Shown here piece after piece: positions 1 to 9,975 of a DNA stretch of 64,000 nt. The notes below the pieces were generated by a model, which was not told the origin of the DNA, searched no databases, and was given only the letters and a program-made list of their open reading frames with translations. The position numbers and the translations under genes are program-made. Each line of letters begins with the position of its first letter. Within the stretch, counting starts at the first letter, position 1. The stretch is from Bythopirellula sp. (lineage in GTDB: Bacteria; Planctomycetota; Planctomycetia; Pirellulales; Lacipirellulaceae), in assembly GCA_034439695.1 (NCBI GenBank), contig JAWXAV010000047.1, forward strand, positions 248 to 64,247. The letters are read 5' to 3'.

Positions 1-2083
1 GCGCCTGACCATAGCGCGTAAGCATCTGCTTGCGCAATCGCGCGTGATTCGCGTGTTTGAGCTCGGGATCCTCGCCAACGAGGAGCTGCGCTTCGCGGCG
101 GGCTTCTTCGAGAAGCTCGCGATCACGTTGTAAATCCGCCACGCGAAACGGCGGCACACCATGTTGCTGCGTGCCGAACAAATCGCCCGGACCACGCATT
201 TGAAAATCAAGTTCCGCCAGCGCAAACCCATCCGTCGAATTGGCAAACGCCGTCAAACGTTCGCGGCCTTGCTCGCTCAGTTCCTCACTCACTAACACGC
301 CACAAAAGCCGGCGTGAGAACCACGACCAACACGACCGCGAAGTTGATGCAATTGTGCGAGACCAAACCGCTCCGCTCCTACCACCGTGATGACCGACGC
401 ATTCGGCACGTCGACCCCCACTTCGATGACCGACGTGCTCACGAGCACCTGCGTCTCGCCGCCGCGAAAGCGGTCCATTGCTTCCTGTTTCTCGGCTGGG
501 GACATCCGCCCGTGCAGCAGCGCCATGCGAAACGCTTCGAGTTCACCATTGGTGAGTTGCTCGAACGCCGCCGCCACGCTGGGGGCGGAAACGGTCGTCG
601 ATTCATCCACGAGCGGGGCCACGACGTACGCCTGCCGACCTTCGCGTAAGCGGTCGCGGACAAACTGCCACCAATTCGCTTGTTTGTCCGGCTCGACCAA
701 ATACGTGTTGATCGGTTGGCGTCCCGCCGGCATTTCCCCGAGCGTCGAAATTTCCAAATCTCCGAATAATGTCATCGTGAGCGTGCGCGGAATCGGCGTG
801 GCCGTCATCACCAAGTAATGCGGCGACTCGTCATCCTGCCGCAAGGCCGCCCGTTGCCTCACACCGAATTTATGCTGTTCGTCGATCACCACCAGACCCA
901 AATTCTTGAACTGCACCGCGTCCTGAATCACCGCGTGCGTGCCGAGCACCACGTCGATTTCCCCCGCCGCAATTTCCGCAAGCAACCGTTCACGCTCAGC
1001 CTTTGTGGTCCCGCCGGCCAGCACGCCGAACCGCACGCGGCTCGCTTCCAGCATCCCCGCCAGCGTGTCGGCATGTTGTCTGGCCAAGATTTCCGTGGGG
1101 GCCATCAACACGGCCTGCTTACTATGCGCCACCGCCACCAACATCGCGTAAAGTGCGACCAGCGTTTTCCCACTCCCCACGTCCCCCTGCAACAAACGAT
1201 TCATCGGCCGGTCGAGTGCCATGTCGGCGGAAACTTCCGTGATGGCTTTTTGTTGACTCGCGGTGAGTTCGAACGGCAACAGCCGCCGTATTCGCGCATC
1301 GATCTTCATCGTCGCGGGGAGTGCCGGAGCTTGGAGTGCCCGCTGCTGAGCCCGCCGGGTGGAGAGCGCCAGTTGCAACACAAACAGTTCTTGAAACACA
1401 AATCGCCGCCGCGCGCGGTCGAGTTCCAGTTGGTCGACTGGCTGATGAATCCAGCGAATCGCCTCGGTCAGCGGAGCGAGCTGGTAGCGCCGCAAAAGCT
1501 CGCTCGGAAAAACTTCTTCAGGCACGTCGGTAAATTCCTCGACCGCGTTCCAAACCATTCGTCGCATGTAATATTGCGACAGACCCTCCGTAAGCGCATA
1601 CACGGGCAACAACTTCCGACCGGCCAGAGGATTTTCTTCCTCACCGAGCCAAGTCACCTGGGGATGCGACATTTCCCACATCATCCCCCGCATCTTCGGC
1701 TTGGCGGTGAGCAACAGTTGTTGCCCCTCTTGGAATTTGCCCCGCATGAAGGCTTGATTAAACCAAGTCGCCCGCAAGTGGCCCGTCGCGTCGCGGACCA
1801 GAATCGACACCCGAGTTTTGCCAAAACCCTGACTCGCCACGGCGATTTCTTGCACCGTGCAGCGCACGCTTTGCAGTTGATCTTCTTCGAGATCGGAGAT
1901 CGTCCGCTCGTCAGACAAGTCCTGATAGTCGCGCGGGAAATTGAAAAGCAGATCGCTCGCCGTGCGCATGCCCATGCGGTGCAAAAGCTCGGCTCGCTCG
2001 GCGTTGATCCCCCGCAAGCGCTCCACGGGAGTCAGCAGTCGCTGCTTGACTTCGTCGGGTTTGGCGTCGGCCGCGTGGTCCAT
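1..2083 (-). CDS. recG: ATP-dependent DNA helicase RecG (runs off the window edge near its C-terminus; absent from the ORF track)
   Basis: Manual minus-strand translation from ATG at 2083 (MDHAADAKPDEVKQRLLTPVERLRGI...). Contains RPMNRLLQGDVGSGKT (motif I), LVVIDEQHKFGVRQR (motif II) and MTATPIPRTL (motif III). Confidence 0.95.
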   Translation of the reverse strand, partial: MDHAADAKPDEVKQRLLTPVERLRGINAERAELLHRMGMRTASDLLFNFPRDYQDLSDERTISDLEEDQLQSVRCTVQEIAVASQGFGKTRVSILVRDATGHLRATWFNQAFMRGKFQEGQQLLLTAKPKMRGMMWEMSHPQVTWLGEEENPLAGRKLLPVYALTEGLSQYYMRRMVWNAVEEFTDVPEEVFPSELLRRYQLAPLTEAIRWIHQPVDQLELDRARRRFVFQELFVLQLALSTRRAQQRALQAPALPATMKIDARIRRLLPFELTASQQKAITEVSADMALDRPMNRLLQGDVGSGKTLVALYAMLVAVAHSKQAVLMAPTEILARQHADTLAGMLEASRVRFGVLAGGTTKAERERLLAEIAAGEIDVVLGTHAVIQDAVQFKNLGLVVIDEQHKFGVRQRAALRQDDESPHYLVMTATPIPRTLTMTLFGDLEISTLGEMPAGRQPINTYLVEPDKQANWWQFVRDRLREGRQAYVVAPLVDESTTVSAPSVAAAFEQLTNGELEAFRMALLHGRMSPAEKQEAMDRFRGGETQVLVSTSVIEVGVDVPNASVITVVGAERFGLAQLHQLRGRVGRGSHAGFCGVLVSEELSEQGRERLTAFANSTDGFALAELDFQMRGPGDLFGTQQHGVPPFRVADLQRDRELLEEARREAQLLVGEDPELKHANHARLRKQMLTRYGQA

Positions 2084-2203
2084 ATCCGCATTGTAGCGAA
2101 CCCGCTTCCGGCAGGGAGCTGGCACCGCAGCAAAAAAGTGCGACCCTCGGTCCGCTATCGAACCGAGGGTCGCCCTGAGCTATAAAGTCAAAAACCTGTC
2201 AGA

Positions 2204-3457
2204 TTAGTAGGAGAGAATCGCGTCGATGGCCCACGTATCCTCGTCCAAGCCGATGCCGGGAGCCCAGTCCTGGCGGTATTCCGGACGGAACACCAAGTTG
2301 TCCAGGAGCTTCACGTTGACGCCCGTGGTGGCTTCGTAGAACGAAACGCCGTCCGCTTTCCACCATTCCACGCGACCACCAAGTCCCAGCCAATCATTCA
2401 TCCAGTAAAGCAAGTATTGATTGAGACCAATCGTGTCGAACGTGCTCACGCCAGGGTTGTTGGTCCGCAAAGCGTCGCTTTGAGCGATATACTGCAACTT
2501 GTCGGTGAGGTCGGCAATCAACACGCAGCTATGCGAGTAGCTGTCGTCGCCGCCACCGTCTCGCCAACCAAAATTACCGTAGGTGTTCAGGTAAGTGAAC
2601 GTCAACCCTTCGGTAATCGTGTAGGCAAAACCACCGAGGAAGTTGCTGCCGCTATTGAGCGAATCGAAACCACTGTCCCAACCGGCCGTCCAACCACCAT
2701 ACAAAGTGGTGTTTTCCATGCCACTGTAGGTGGTCAGGAAACCGGTATGGGTAAACGGTTCGCTGTTGAACATCGTATAGCTGTGCGAGTGGAAGAAATT
2801 GCCCGTCGCGGGGATGACTTCGTAACCAATCGGGGTAAAGAAGTGACCAACCTTGGTGGAGAAATCACCAGCGGCAACTTCCAAGTAAGCCTGCGGAATC
2901 GCCCAACCGTAGATACCATGATCGAGCGACGCATCATAGAAACCAAAGTTACGAACGCCGGCACCGGGGTTGCCGAAGGCTTGAGTCTTCTGAGCATCGG
3001 TACCGTAGATCACGTCCACGCGGCCACCGATATCAAGACCATTCGAGCCGTCTACGGTGCGTCCCAAGTACAACCATTGTTGCGCGAGGTTGGCTTCATT
3101 GGGGATGTCGTCGAACGAAAGCAAGTCGTTGCGTGCTTGCGACAACGGAATGTTGTTGTCGTAATAAGCAACATTCGACCAACCGCCGATTTCCCATGGC
3201 GATTCGCAGCCTACAAGCCCGGCGAGGGTAAAGTTCTCGAGACAACCACCGCCGATGCCACTTAACAAGCCGGCACCGCCAACGGCGCTGCCGCAATCGC
3301 AAGGATCGCCGCAACCGCAACCAGGATCACAGGAATCATCGCAAGCGACGGTCCGTAGACTATAGTCGTTTGTCCAAGTCATCTCATTGTTCTCTGCGAA
3401 TGCTTGGGAACCATTCAGCAGCGCGGCGAAGCCGACGACCCATTTAGTGATTTTCAC
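2204..3457 (-). CDS. Outer-membrane beta-barrel porin (planctomycete BBP2/DUF1597-like)
   Basis: GTG start at 3457 with AGGAG RBS, signal peptide, Cys-rich linker, GHFFTPIGYEV and YTMFNSEPFTHTG motifs, C-terminal aromatic residue (ILSY). Confidence 0.75.
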   Translation of the reverse strand: MKITKWVVGFAALLNGSQAFAENNEMTWTNDYSLRTVACDDSCDPGCGCGDPCDCGSAVGGAGLLSGIGGGCLENFTLAGLVGCESPWEIGGWSNVAYYDNNIPLSQARNDLLSFDDIPNEANLAQQWLYLGRTVDGSNGLDIGGRVDVIYGTDAQKTQAFGNPGAGVRNFGFYDASLDHGIYGWAIPQAYLEVAAGDFSTKVGHFFTPIGYEVIPATGNFFHSHSYTMFNSEPFTHTGFLTTYSGMENTTLYGGWTAGWDSGFDSLNSGSNFLGGFAYTITEGLTFTYLNTYGNFGWRDGGGDDSYSHSCVLIADLTDKLQYIAQSDALRTNNPGVSTFDTIGLNQYLLYWMNDWLGLGGRVEWWKADGVSFYEATTGVNVKLLDNLVFRPEYRQDWAPGIGLDEDTWAIDAILSY

Positions 3458-3839
3458 AACCAAACTCCTTTTGATTGACCAGATATCGGGCCTGCCCCCC
3501 TGGGTAAGGCCCGCACTATGCGCTTTCAAAAAGCAAGTTTCCCTCACCTCTTCGCGAGGGATGGATTCTGCCAGCAAGACAACGGCTGCGACAAACCAGC
3601 GGGATTGGCTTGGGCTCATCCGCCTAAAATGAGAACGAAGCGGTCTGCTTATAGGGTACTATCGACCCGACCGCGCAGTTGATACAACCGGCTTAAGATG
3701 CCAACAGAAAGTTAGCCGCCGTTGGTATAGAAATTTGTGAGACTTTGACGATTGCGCTCCCTCTATCGCCACAGAGACTGCTATCACTCCAGGCTCTTGC
3801 CCGTAAAAACGAAAAAATCGGTTACGGCATCGAGGAAAC

Positions 3840-4298
3840 TCACAGATATTTCTGATAAGCCGCGACCGCCAATTCATCCACTCGGTCGTTTTCGGCGTGC
3901 CCACTATGCCCCGCCACGCGGGTGTAAGCCACCTGATGGCGGGCCAATTGCTCGTCGAGTTGCCGCCAGAGATCCTCGTTTTTCACGGGGACTAACTTGG
4001 TCCCCTCCTTGCGCCGCCAGCCGTTGGCCTTCCACTTCGGCAGCCATTCGCTCATGCCCTTCCCCACATAAACGCTGTCGGTGAACAGCTCAACCGAGGC
4101 GGATTGCTTGAGCGCCGACAAGCCTTCGACAACCGCGGTCAGTTCCATGCGATTGTTGGTCGTCTCGCGTTCACCACCGGATCGCTCCATCTGCTTACCC
4201 GTGGCCGGATGGCGCAGTATAAAGGCCCAACCTCCCGGCCCAGGATTGCCGCTACAACCACCGTCGGTAAACAGATGCACTTGGGAAGATTTAGCCAT
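3840..4298 (-). CDS. rnhA: Ribonuclease HI
   Basis: FTDGGCSGNPGPGGW, TTNNRMEL, TDSVYV, VKNEDLW, GHSGHAENDRVDELA. Confidence 0.97.
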   Translation of the reverse strand: MAKSSQVHLFTDGGCSGNPGPGGWAFILRHPATGKQMERSGGERETTNNRMELTAVVEGLSALKQSASVELFTDSVYVGKGMSEWLPKWKANGWRRKEGTKLVPVKNEDLWRQLDEQLARHQVAYTRVAGHSGHAENDRVDELAVAAYQKYL

Positions 4299-4325
4299 GC
4301 GACTTTCAACGAGCAGGTTGTGAGA

Positions 4326-6107
4326 TCATTTTGTGGCCGGCGCGGCGAGACCATCGAGCCGAGGTTTGGCGAGCTGCTTCAAATCCTCGGCCAACTCAGA
4401 CGCGGAGCGCGGCACATCGGTTATCTCCCAGGGCAACACAACGGTAAACTCGCTCCCTTTGCCCAGTTCGCTCTCGACGGTGATCTCGCCCCCCAACAGT
4501 CGACACAACTCGCGGACGATCGACAACCCCAAACCGGTACCCGAATACTCTCGCGTCATCGCCGTACCACCGGACAGCACATTCGACCCTTGGCGAAACT
4601 TTTCAAAGATCACCCCCTGCTCATCCTCACTAATTCCCACGCCGGTATCAGCGATGCTGAGTCTGAGATCACCTCGACGGTCTCGTTGCACCTTGACCGT
4701 AATCCGTCCCCCATCAGGAGTGAACTTGATCGCGTTAGAAAGCAGATTGTTGAGAATCTGCTCCACCTTGCTGCGATCTTGACGAATCAGCGGGAGCGCC
4801 GGTTCGATTTCGCATTCGAGGTCAATATTCTTCTTTTCGCTCAATGGCCGAGCCATGTCGCACTGGGCCGACACAACCGAGCTAATGCTGAAATCGCTGA
4901 GTCGCACGTCCATTTTGCCGCTCTCGATTTTGGCCAAATCGAGAATGTCGTTGATCATTTCCAAGAGCTGCCGGCCCGAGCGCTGGATGTTGCTCGCGTA
5001 GCGGCGTTCCTTGTCTTCCAGTTTTTGCAGCGTTGCCAACAAGTCGCTGAAGCCGATGATGCTGTTGAGCGGCGTGCGCAGTTCGTGGCTCACCGTGGCC
5101 AAAAAGTCGCTCTTGATCTGGTTCATTTCAAACAGCCGCATGTTGGCCTGGGCCATTTCATCGACTTTTTGGTCGAGCTCGGTGTTGACTTCCTTAAGCT
5201 CATCCTGCTGGCGCAAAAGTTGCCGCAACATCCGGTTGAACGCCGCACCGAGTTCCTCAAATTCATCCCCTGTATGAATGACGGCTCGCTGCTCAATGTC
5301 GCCGCTGCGGATGGCGTTACTCACGTCACGCAAATGCCGCAGCGGCTTCACGATGATGTAGCGCACGATGGCGTAGAGCGCGACCATCGATAAGAAAACT
5401 GTGACCACCGCCGCCACAATCATCCAGGCAATGTTTCGTTGCTGGGCTGAACGAATCTCTTCGGCATCAGTTTCAACTCGGATTACCGCCAACAAATCGC
5501 CTACTTGCAGATCAGGCCAATAAACTGAAACGCCGGGGTTACTGTGGCACAAGATGCAACCCTGCTTGGCAAAGACGGGTTCGTAGTACTGCCAAGTCCA
5601 TTTCGACTCGCCCTGCTGTTGCTCTTTTTCTTCCTCTGTGAGATTGACCGCCGAAGCGAACTCGGTTTTGGGAACAACGCGCTGCTCCCATTGGGTTTCA
5701 ATCGCATTGATTTCGTCGTCGCTTCGCAGTGTCTTTCCTAGTTTCGTCCAGCGACCCATCAAATCCCATTCAAATTGCTCTTCGGGTCTTCCAACACGAT
5801 TTTCGTTTTCTGGTAAGAGCACCTGCCATTTGTAATCGCTACTGCGCAACATGTCGGCGATCTTGCGATCGACGGGTCGCAATTCAACATCGGGGTCAGA
5901 TTCCTTGAAATGAGCTTCCACCAAAGTCGTATTCGCCAAGGCCGCCCCTGTGAAGCGAGCCTGCTCTTCCACGATCTTGTTCGTCTGTAGGGCATACCAC
6001 CAGAAGCTCCCCGCGATCAGCGGCAACAGGCAGGCCCCAAACAGCAGCCGGCACTTGCGCTCCAAGCTGGTTTCGCCAATCGCTTTGGTCAGACCGCGAT
6101 AACTCAT
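4326..6107 (-). CDS. Membrane sensor histidine kinase: periplasmic CxxCH (DUF3365/Tll0287-like) domain, HAMP, HisKA, HATPase
   Basis: Two TM segments flank YYEPVFAKQGCILCH. HAMP (DEFEELGAAFNRM), H-box (VSHELRTPLNSI), N/G boxes (NLLSNAIKFT, DTGVGI, GTGLGL). Confidence 0.9.
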   Translation of the reverse strand: MSYRGLTKAIGETSLERKCRLLFGACLLPLIAGSFWWYALQTNKIVEEQARFTGAALANTTLVEAHFKESDPDVELRPVDRKIADMLRSSDYKWQVLLPENENRVGRPEEQFEWDLMGRWTKLGKTLRSDDEINAIETQWEQRVVPKTEFASAVNLTEEEKEQQQGESKWTWQYYEPVFAKQGCILCHSNPGVSVYWPDLQVGDLLAVIRVETDAEEIRSAQQRNIAWMIVAAVVTVFLSMVALYAIVRYIIVKPLRHLRDVSNAIRSGDIEQRAVIHTGDEFEELGAAFNRMLRQLLRQQDELKEVNTELDQKVDEMAQANMRLFEMNQIKSDFLATVSHELRTPLNSIIGFSDLLATLQKLEDKERRYASNIQRSGRQLLEMINDILDLAKIESGKMDVRLSDFSISSVVSAQCDMARPLSEKKNIDLECEIEPALPLIRQDRSKVEQILNNLLSNAIKFTPDGGRITVKVQRDRRGDLRLSIADTGVGISEDEQGVIFEKFRQGSNVLSGGTAMTREYSGTGLGLSIVRELCRLLGGEITVESELGKGSEFTVVLPWEITDVPRSASELAEDLKQLAKPRLDGLAAPATK

Positions 6108-6114
6108 TGTGGGA

Positions 6115-6235
6115 AGAAGCTAGAGGTGAGATGCTAGAAGCTAGGGAGTCAAATTCAACGCTTTATTCTAGGTTAATTGTCGAGCTGGGTCCAAGTGCAA
6201 CAACGAGCTCTTCTCCTAACCTCTAGCTTCTAGCC
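6115..6235. repeat. Intergenic inverted element built from short tandem units (GAAGCTA/CTAGAAG)
   Basis: Left arm agaagctagaggtgagatgctagaagctaggg; right arm ctcctaacctctagcttctagcc is its approximate reverse complement. Confidence 0.7.
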
Positions 6236-6246
6236 ACTCGCCACTG

Positions 6247-8547
6247 CTACAGCATATCCCACGGATCTACGTCCACCGCCAGAAACACCTTCTCGGGAAG
6301 TTTTAACTTGGCGGTGACGCGCTGCACTACCTCATGCAGTGGCGGCATGGTCTCCGCTTGCAATTGAATTTGAAACCGATAGTGATCCCGCAGCTTAGCA
6401 ATCGCTGCCACTGCGGGGCCCATCACGCGGACCCCCGTCAGCGCGGCAGCCGCTGCACGTAACTCGCCTGCCACTTGCTCGGCCACTGCGCGAGCCGTTT
6501 CCTCCGCCGGGCCGCGCACCACCAAGCGAATCATCGAACCATAGGGGGGGTAATGAAGCTGCTTACGAACTCCAAGTTCTTCTGTCGCAAACATTTCATA
6601 ATCGTGCCGCACGGCAGCGCGAATCGCCAAATGATCGGGGCTTAGTGTTTGCACCAACACCCGCCCCCCTTTTTCGCCGCGCCCGGTGCGCCCCGCCACT
6701 TGGGCCACCAATTGAAACGTTCGTTCCCCCGCGCGAAAGTCCGGCAAGTGCAACGCCGTGTCGGCGTTAATCACCCCCACCAGCGTCACGTTGGGAAAAT
6801 CCAAGCCTTTGGCGATCATCTGCGTGCCTAACAGGATATTCACCTTACCATGCCGAAAGGCGTCGAGCACCCTTTCATGGCTGCCACGAGTCTTCATGCT
6901 GTCGGTATCCATCCGCTCGCAAACGTAATCGGGAAATCTCGCGTTGACTTCGGCTTCCAACTTCTGCGTGCCGAGCCCACCAAAACGAATCGCCGTCGAC
7001 TTGCAGTCGGGACAACTCGACGGAGGTGCCAACTGGTAATCGCAGTAATGACAACGTGTGATACTCTCCTGTCGATGAAACGTGAGTGGCAATTCGCAGT
7101 GTGGGCACTTCGCCACAAACCCACACGCGGGGCACTGAATGTGCGTGGAAAAGCCTCGGCGGTTGAGCAACAGAATCACTTGCCCTTCATCACGCAGCGC
7201 CGCCACCATCGCTTGATGCAGCGGCCGGCTGATTGCCCCACGGCTCATGCGCGTATGGCCCGGATCTCGCAGATCAACTGTGATCACATTCGGTAACGGG
7301 CGATTCGACACGCGGCATGGCAAATCGAGCCGCGCAAACTCTCCTATCTCCGTTCGCTGCCAAGCTTCGAGCGACGGCGTGGCACTCCCCAACACGAGCG
7401 GAATTCGTTCAGCAATCGCCCGCTGCCAAGCCACGTCGCGGGCATGATAACGGGGCGTACTGTCCTGTTTGAACGACGATTCATGCTCTTCGTCGATCAC
7501 AATCAAACCCAAATGCGGCGTCGGCGCGAACACCGCACTCCGCGCACCCACCACCACCTGCACTTCACCTCGCGAAATTCGTTGCCATTCGCGGTGCCGC
7601 TCCACGTTTGTCTGATGGCTGTGCAGCACCGCCACGGCATCAAACCGCGCGCGAAACCGCCGCACGGTTTGCGGTGTTAAACTGATCTCCGGTACAAGCA
7701 CAATTGCCTGGCGGCCAAAGCCCACCACGGTCTCGATAGCTTGCAAGTACACTTCGGTCTTGCCACTGCCGGTGACGCCGTGCAACACCATTCCGTGGGG
7801 TTCAGGCTTATCCAATGCTATCTGAATCGCTTCGAGTGCCCGCTGCTGATCGATATTAAGAGTGAGCGGCGCTTCGCGTTCAAACACTTCCAATTCGGCA
7901 TCGCCGGAGTCCAATCGCTTTTCGCGACCCTCGATCAGTCCCTTCTTCAAGAGTTGCTTGATCGGCGCGGCGGTGCAATTGGTAGCCGTGGCAAGCTGAG
8001 CAATCGTGAGCGGCCGCGACGATTTTGCCAAATGCGTCAGGGCTTGTGCTTGCTTCGTGGCGAGTTTCAACGTCGCGAGCTTCTCGCGGACATCTTCCGG
8101 TACCGAGAGCAACACGACTTTCCGCGTGCCTGCCAGTTGCCGCACTCCTGCGGGAACGACCGCTTCGAGCACCTCGCCCCAATTGCACAGATAATAGTCG
8201 GCCATCCACCGCGTGAGCCGCAGCATCGCCGGCGAGAGCAGCGAGGTCGAGTCCACCACCTCGGCGACCGATTTTAATCGTCCAGGATCGACCCCTTTGG
8301 TTCCCAGCGCCACGCAATAGCCGACCACCTTGCGATTCGACCGACCAAACGGCACCCGCACGCGCCGGCCGACTTGGAGACAGCGATCATGTTCGTCGGC
8401 ATCACACAGAACGTTAGGTACCAAATAGTCGTATTCGCCCTTGGCCCCCTCGCCCAGCACCACCGACGCCACCAACCGTTGCTGCTGCGCATCGAGTTCC
8501 CAGGCGGCGGGTTCGTCGTCAAACAAACTCGATTGGCGGGTCGGCAT
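6247..8547 (-). CDS. priA: Primosomal protein N' (replication-restart helicase)
   Basis: GVTGSGKT, DEEH, GSATPS, four CxxC pairs (CPACG..CPHC..CHYC..CPDC), GTQMIAKGLDFP. Likely start ATG 8547 (MPTRQSSLF); the upstream part of the ORF-track ORF is repeat sequence. Confidence 0.95.
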   Translation of the reverse strand: MPTRQSSLFDDEPAAWELDAQQQRLVASVVLGEGAKGEYDYLVPNVLCDADEHDRCLQVGRRVRVPFGRSNRKVVGYCVALGTKGVDPGRLKSVAEVVDSTSLLSPAMLRLTRWMADYYLCNWGEVLEAVVPAGVRQLAGTRKVVLLSVPEDVREKLATLKLATKQAQALTHLAKSSRPLTIAQLATATNCTAAPIKQLLKKGLIEGREKRLDSGDAELEVFEREAPLTLNIDQQRALEAIQIALDKPEPHGMVLHGVTGSGKTEVYLQAIETVVGFGRQAIVLVPEISLTPQTVRRFRARFDAVAVLHSHQTNVERHREWQRISRGEVQVVVGARSAVFAPTPHLGLIVIDEEHESSFKQDSTPRYHARDVAWQRAIAERIPLVLGSATPSLEAWQRTEIGEFARLDLPCRVSNRPLPNVITVDLRDPGHTRMSRGAISRPLHQAMVAALRDEGQVILLLNRRGFSTHIQCPACGFVAKCPHCELPLTFHRQESITRCHYCDYQLAPPSSCPDCKSTAIRFGGLGTQKLEAEVNARFPDYVCERMDTDSMKTRGSHERVLDAFRHGKVNILLGTQMIAKGLDFPNVTLVGVINADTALHLPDFRAGERTFQLVAQVAGRTGRGEKGGRVLVQTLSPDHLAIRAAVRHDYEMFATEELGVRKQLHYPPYGSMIRLVVRGPAEETARAVAEQVAGELRAAAAALTGVRVMGPAVAAIAKLRDHYRFQIQLQAETMPPLHEVVQRVTAKLKLPEKVFLAVDVDPWDML

Positions 8548-8550
8548 GTA

Positions 8551-8689
8551 GGGGGCTGGGAGCTGGGGACTGGGGGACTTGAGAAAAATCACTTCACTCG
8601 CAACCCTAGCGCGAGGTGTGAAATTGCACGGCGTCAATGTAACATACTGGCATCTTACCCCAGCCCCCAGCCCCCAGTCCCTCATCCCC
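8551..8689. repeat. Intergenic inverted element built from GGGGCTG/GGGACTG tandem units
   Basis: Left arm gggggctgggagctggggactggggg; right arm ccccagcccccagcccccagtccctcatcccc. Confidence 0.75.
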
Positions 8690-8696
8690 AACTTCC

Positions 8697-9302
8697 ATGC
8701 GTCTCGGCCTATTCGGCGGCAGCTTCGACCCCGTCCATCGTGGACATCTGACCCTCGCGGCCAGTTGCCTTGCACAAGCGCAGCTTGATCGTGTCTGGTT
8801 CGTCCCAGCGGCCCACCAACCCTTCAAGCCTACAGGCCCGCACGCCTCGAATGTCGACCGAGTGGCGATGCTCAAATTGGCAACTGCCGATAATCAAGCC
8901 TTTGAGATTTCGCAAATTGAAATCGATCGCGGCGGCGTAAGCTACACCATCGACACGCTGCTTACGATCAAGTCGCTCTTGCCCGAGTCCCAGTTATTCT
9001 TGCTGATGGGGGCCGACTCGCTTATAGATTTCCCTCATTGGCGACGGCCCACGGAAATCTGCGAAGTAGCCATGCCGCTCGTCGTGAACCGTGCCGGCGA
9101 ACCTGCTCCCAATTTTGATCCACTGTCAGAAATCGTTTCGTCCGAACGACTCGCCAAGATTCAGGCGAGCCAAGTGGAAATGCCGCCGATGGCAATCAGC
9201 AGTTCCGACATCCGGCACCTTATCGCCAGTGGTGGAGAGTGGGAACAAATGGTCCCTGAAAGAGTGGCAGACTACATCCGCGAGCACAGGCTGTATCTTT
9301 GA
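8697..9302 (+). CDS. nadD: Nicotinate-nucleotide adenylyltransferase
   Basis: LFGGSFDPVHRGH (HxGH), SYTIDTL, LMGADSL, ISSSDIR. Confidence 0.95.
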   Translation: MRLGLFGGSFDPVHRGHLTLAASCLAQAQLDRVWFVPAAHQPFKPTGPHASNVDRVAMLKLATADNQAFEISQIEIDRGGVSYTIDTLLTIKSLLPESQLFLLMGADSLIDFPHWRRPTEICEVAMPLVVNRAGEPAPNFDPLSEIVSSERLAKIQASQVEMPPMAISSSDIRHLIASGGEWEQMVPERVADYIREHRLYL

Positions 9303-9306
9303 GCAA

Positions 9307-9423
9307 GTCATTCTGAACGGAGCTCCGCGACTTGAAGAATCGAGGTTCACCTGTCACACGTACAAGAATACGTGTAAAAGTTCAGGCCAGATCCCTCTGT
9401 CGGCAAGCCTCTCTCGGGATGAC
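9307..9423. repeat. REP-like doublet (GTCATTCTGAAC...GGGATGAC)
   Basis: Degenerate inverted termini GTCATTC/GGATGAC with internal GAAGAATC...AGATCCCTC arms, directly after the nadD stop. Confidence 0.55.
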
Positions 9424-9452
9424 AAATCTTTGCTCCCTCCTGTAAAAATCCT

Positions 9453-9719
9453 TCACGCCGCCTTTTGCAGTGATTCTTGCAAACTTACTGCTAGCAGTGG
9501 GTGCAATTCGGCAACATTGAGTGACTGTTCAGCCCGCAGGGCGTCCAGCACGTCGCTGAGTTGCTCGCGATGGGTTTGGGTCATGTCCAGCAGCAGACAT
9601 TTCTTACCATGGATCAGACAATGCCCGCCGCCAGCCCCGTCGAGCACTTCTTCCCGAATTTCGTAACCCGCCGACCTGACGGCCTCAACCGCAAGTGATA
9701 GCAACTTGGCGGCATTCAT
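9453..9719 (-). CDS. Small hypothetical protein (about 88 aa)
   Basis: Likely start ATG 9719 (MNAAKLLSLAVEAVRSAGYEIREEVLDGAGGGHCLIHGKKCLLLD). Protein-like composition; no family recognised. Confidence 0.65.
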   Translation of the reverse strand: MNAAKLLSLAVEAVRSAGYEIREEVLDGAGGGHCLIHGKKCLLLDMTQTHREQLSDVLDALRAEQSLNVAELHPLLAVSLQESLQKAA

Positions 9720-9925
9720 AGCTTTTTTCTCCTTTCCACTTTCCCATTTCCCCTTCCCCCTTTTCCGCCGCGGGATTGTATCGTCTTCGGTTTGAGTCGC
9801 CCAGGTGAATTCGTCGATACCTCTTACAGAGCTAAGTATAGAAATCAAAAGCAGTTAAAGCATTCCAGTCAGTCAAAGGGGGCGAGAACAGCCCGCCCCG
9901 GCAAACTACGCGATCTTTACCACCC

Positions 9926-9952
9926 AAGCCCAGGGATGGCACTCCCCGGGTC
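9926..9952. repeat. REP-like palindrome family AAGCCCGGGGATGGCACTCCCCGGG, copy 1
   Basis: Near-identical copies at 16777 and 18106. Confidence 0.8.
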
Positions 9953-9975
9953 GAACCTCTCCCGGATGATCGATC

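Noticed and set aside
818-2185. 455-aa plus-strand ORF and other long antisense ORFs (2417, 4104, 18183, 20089, 25159, 40764, 42731, 47343, 48648)
   Set aside because: Shadow frames opposite well-supported genes in GC-rich DNA; no protein motifs.
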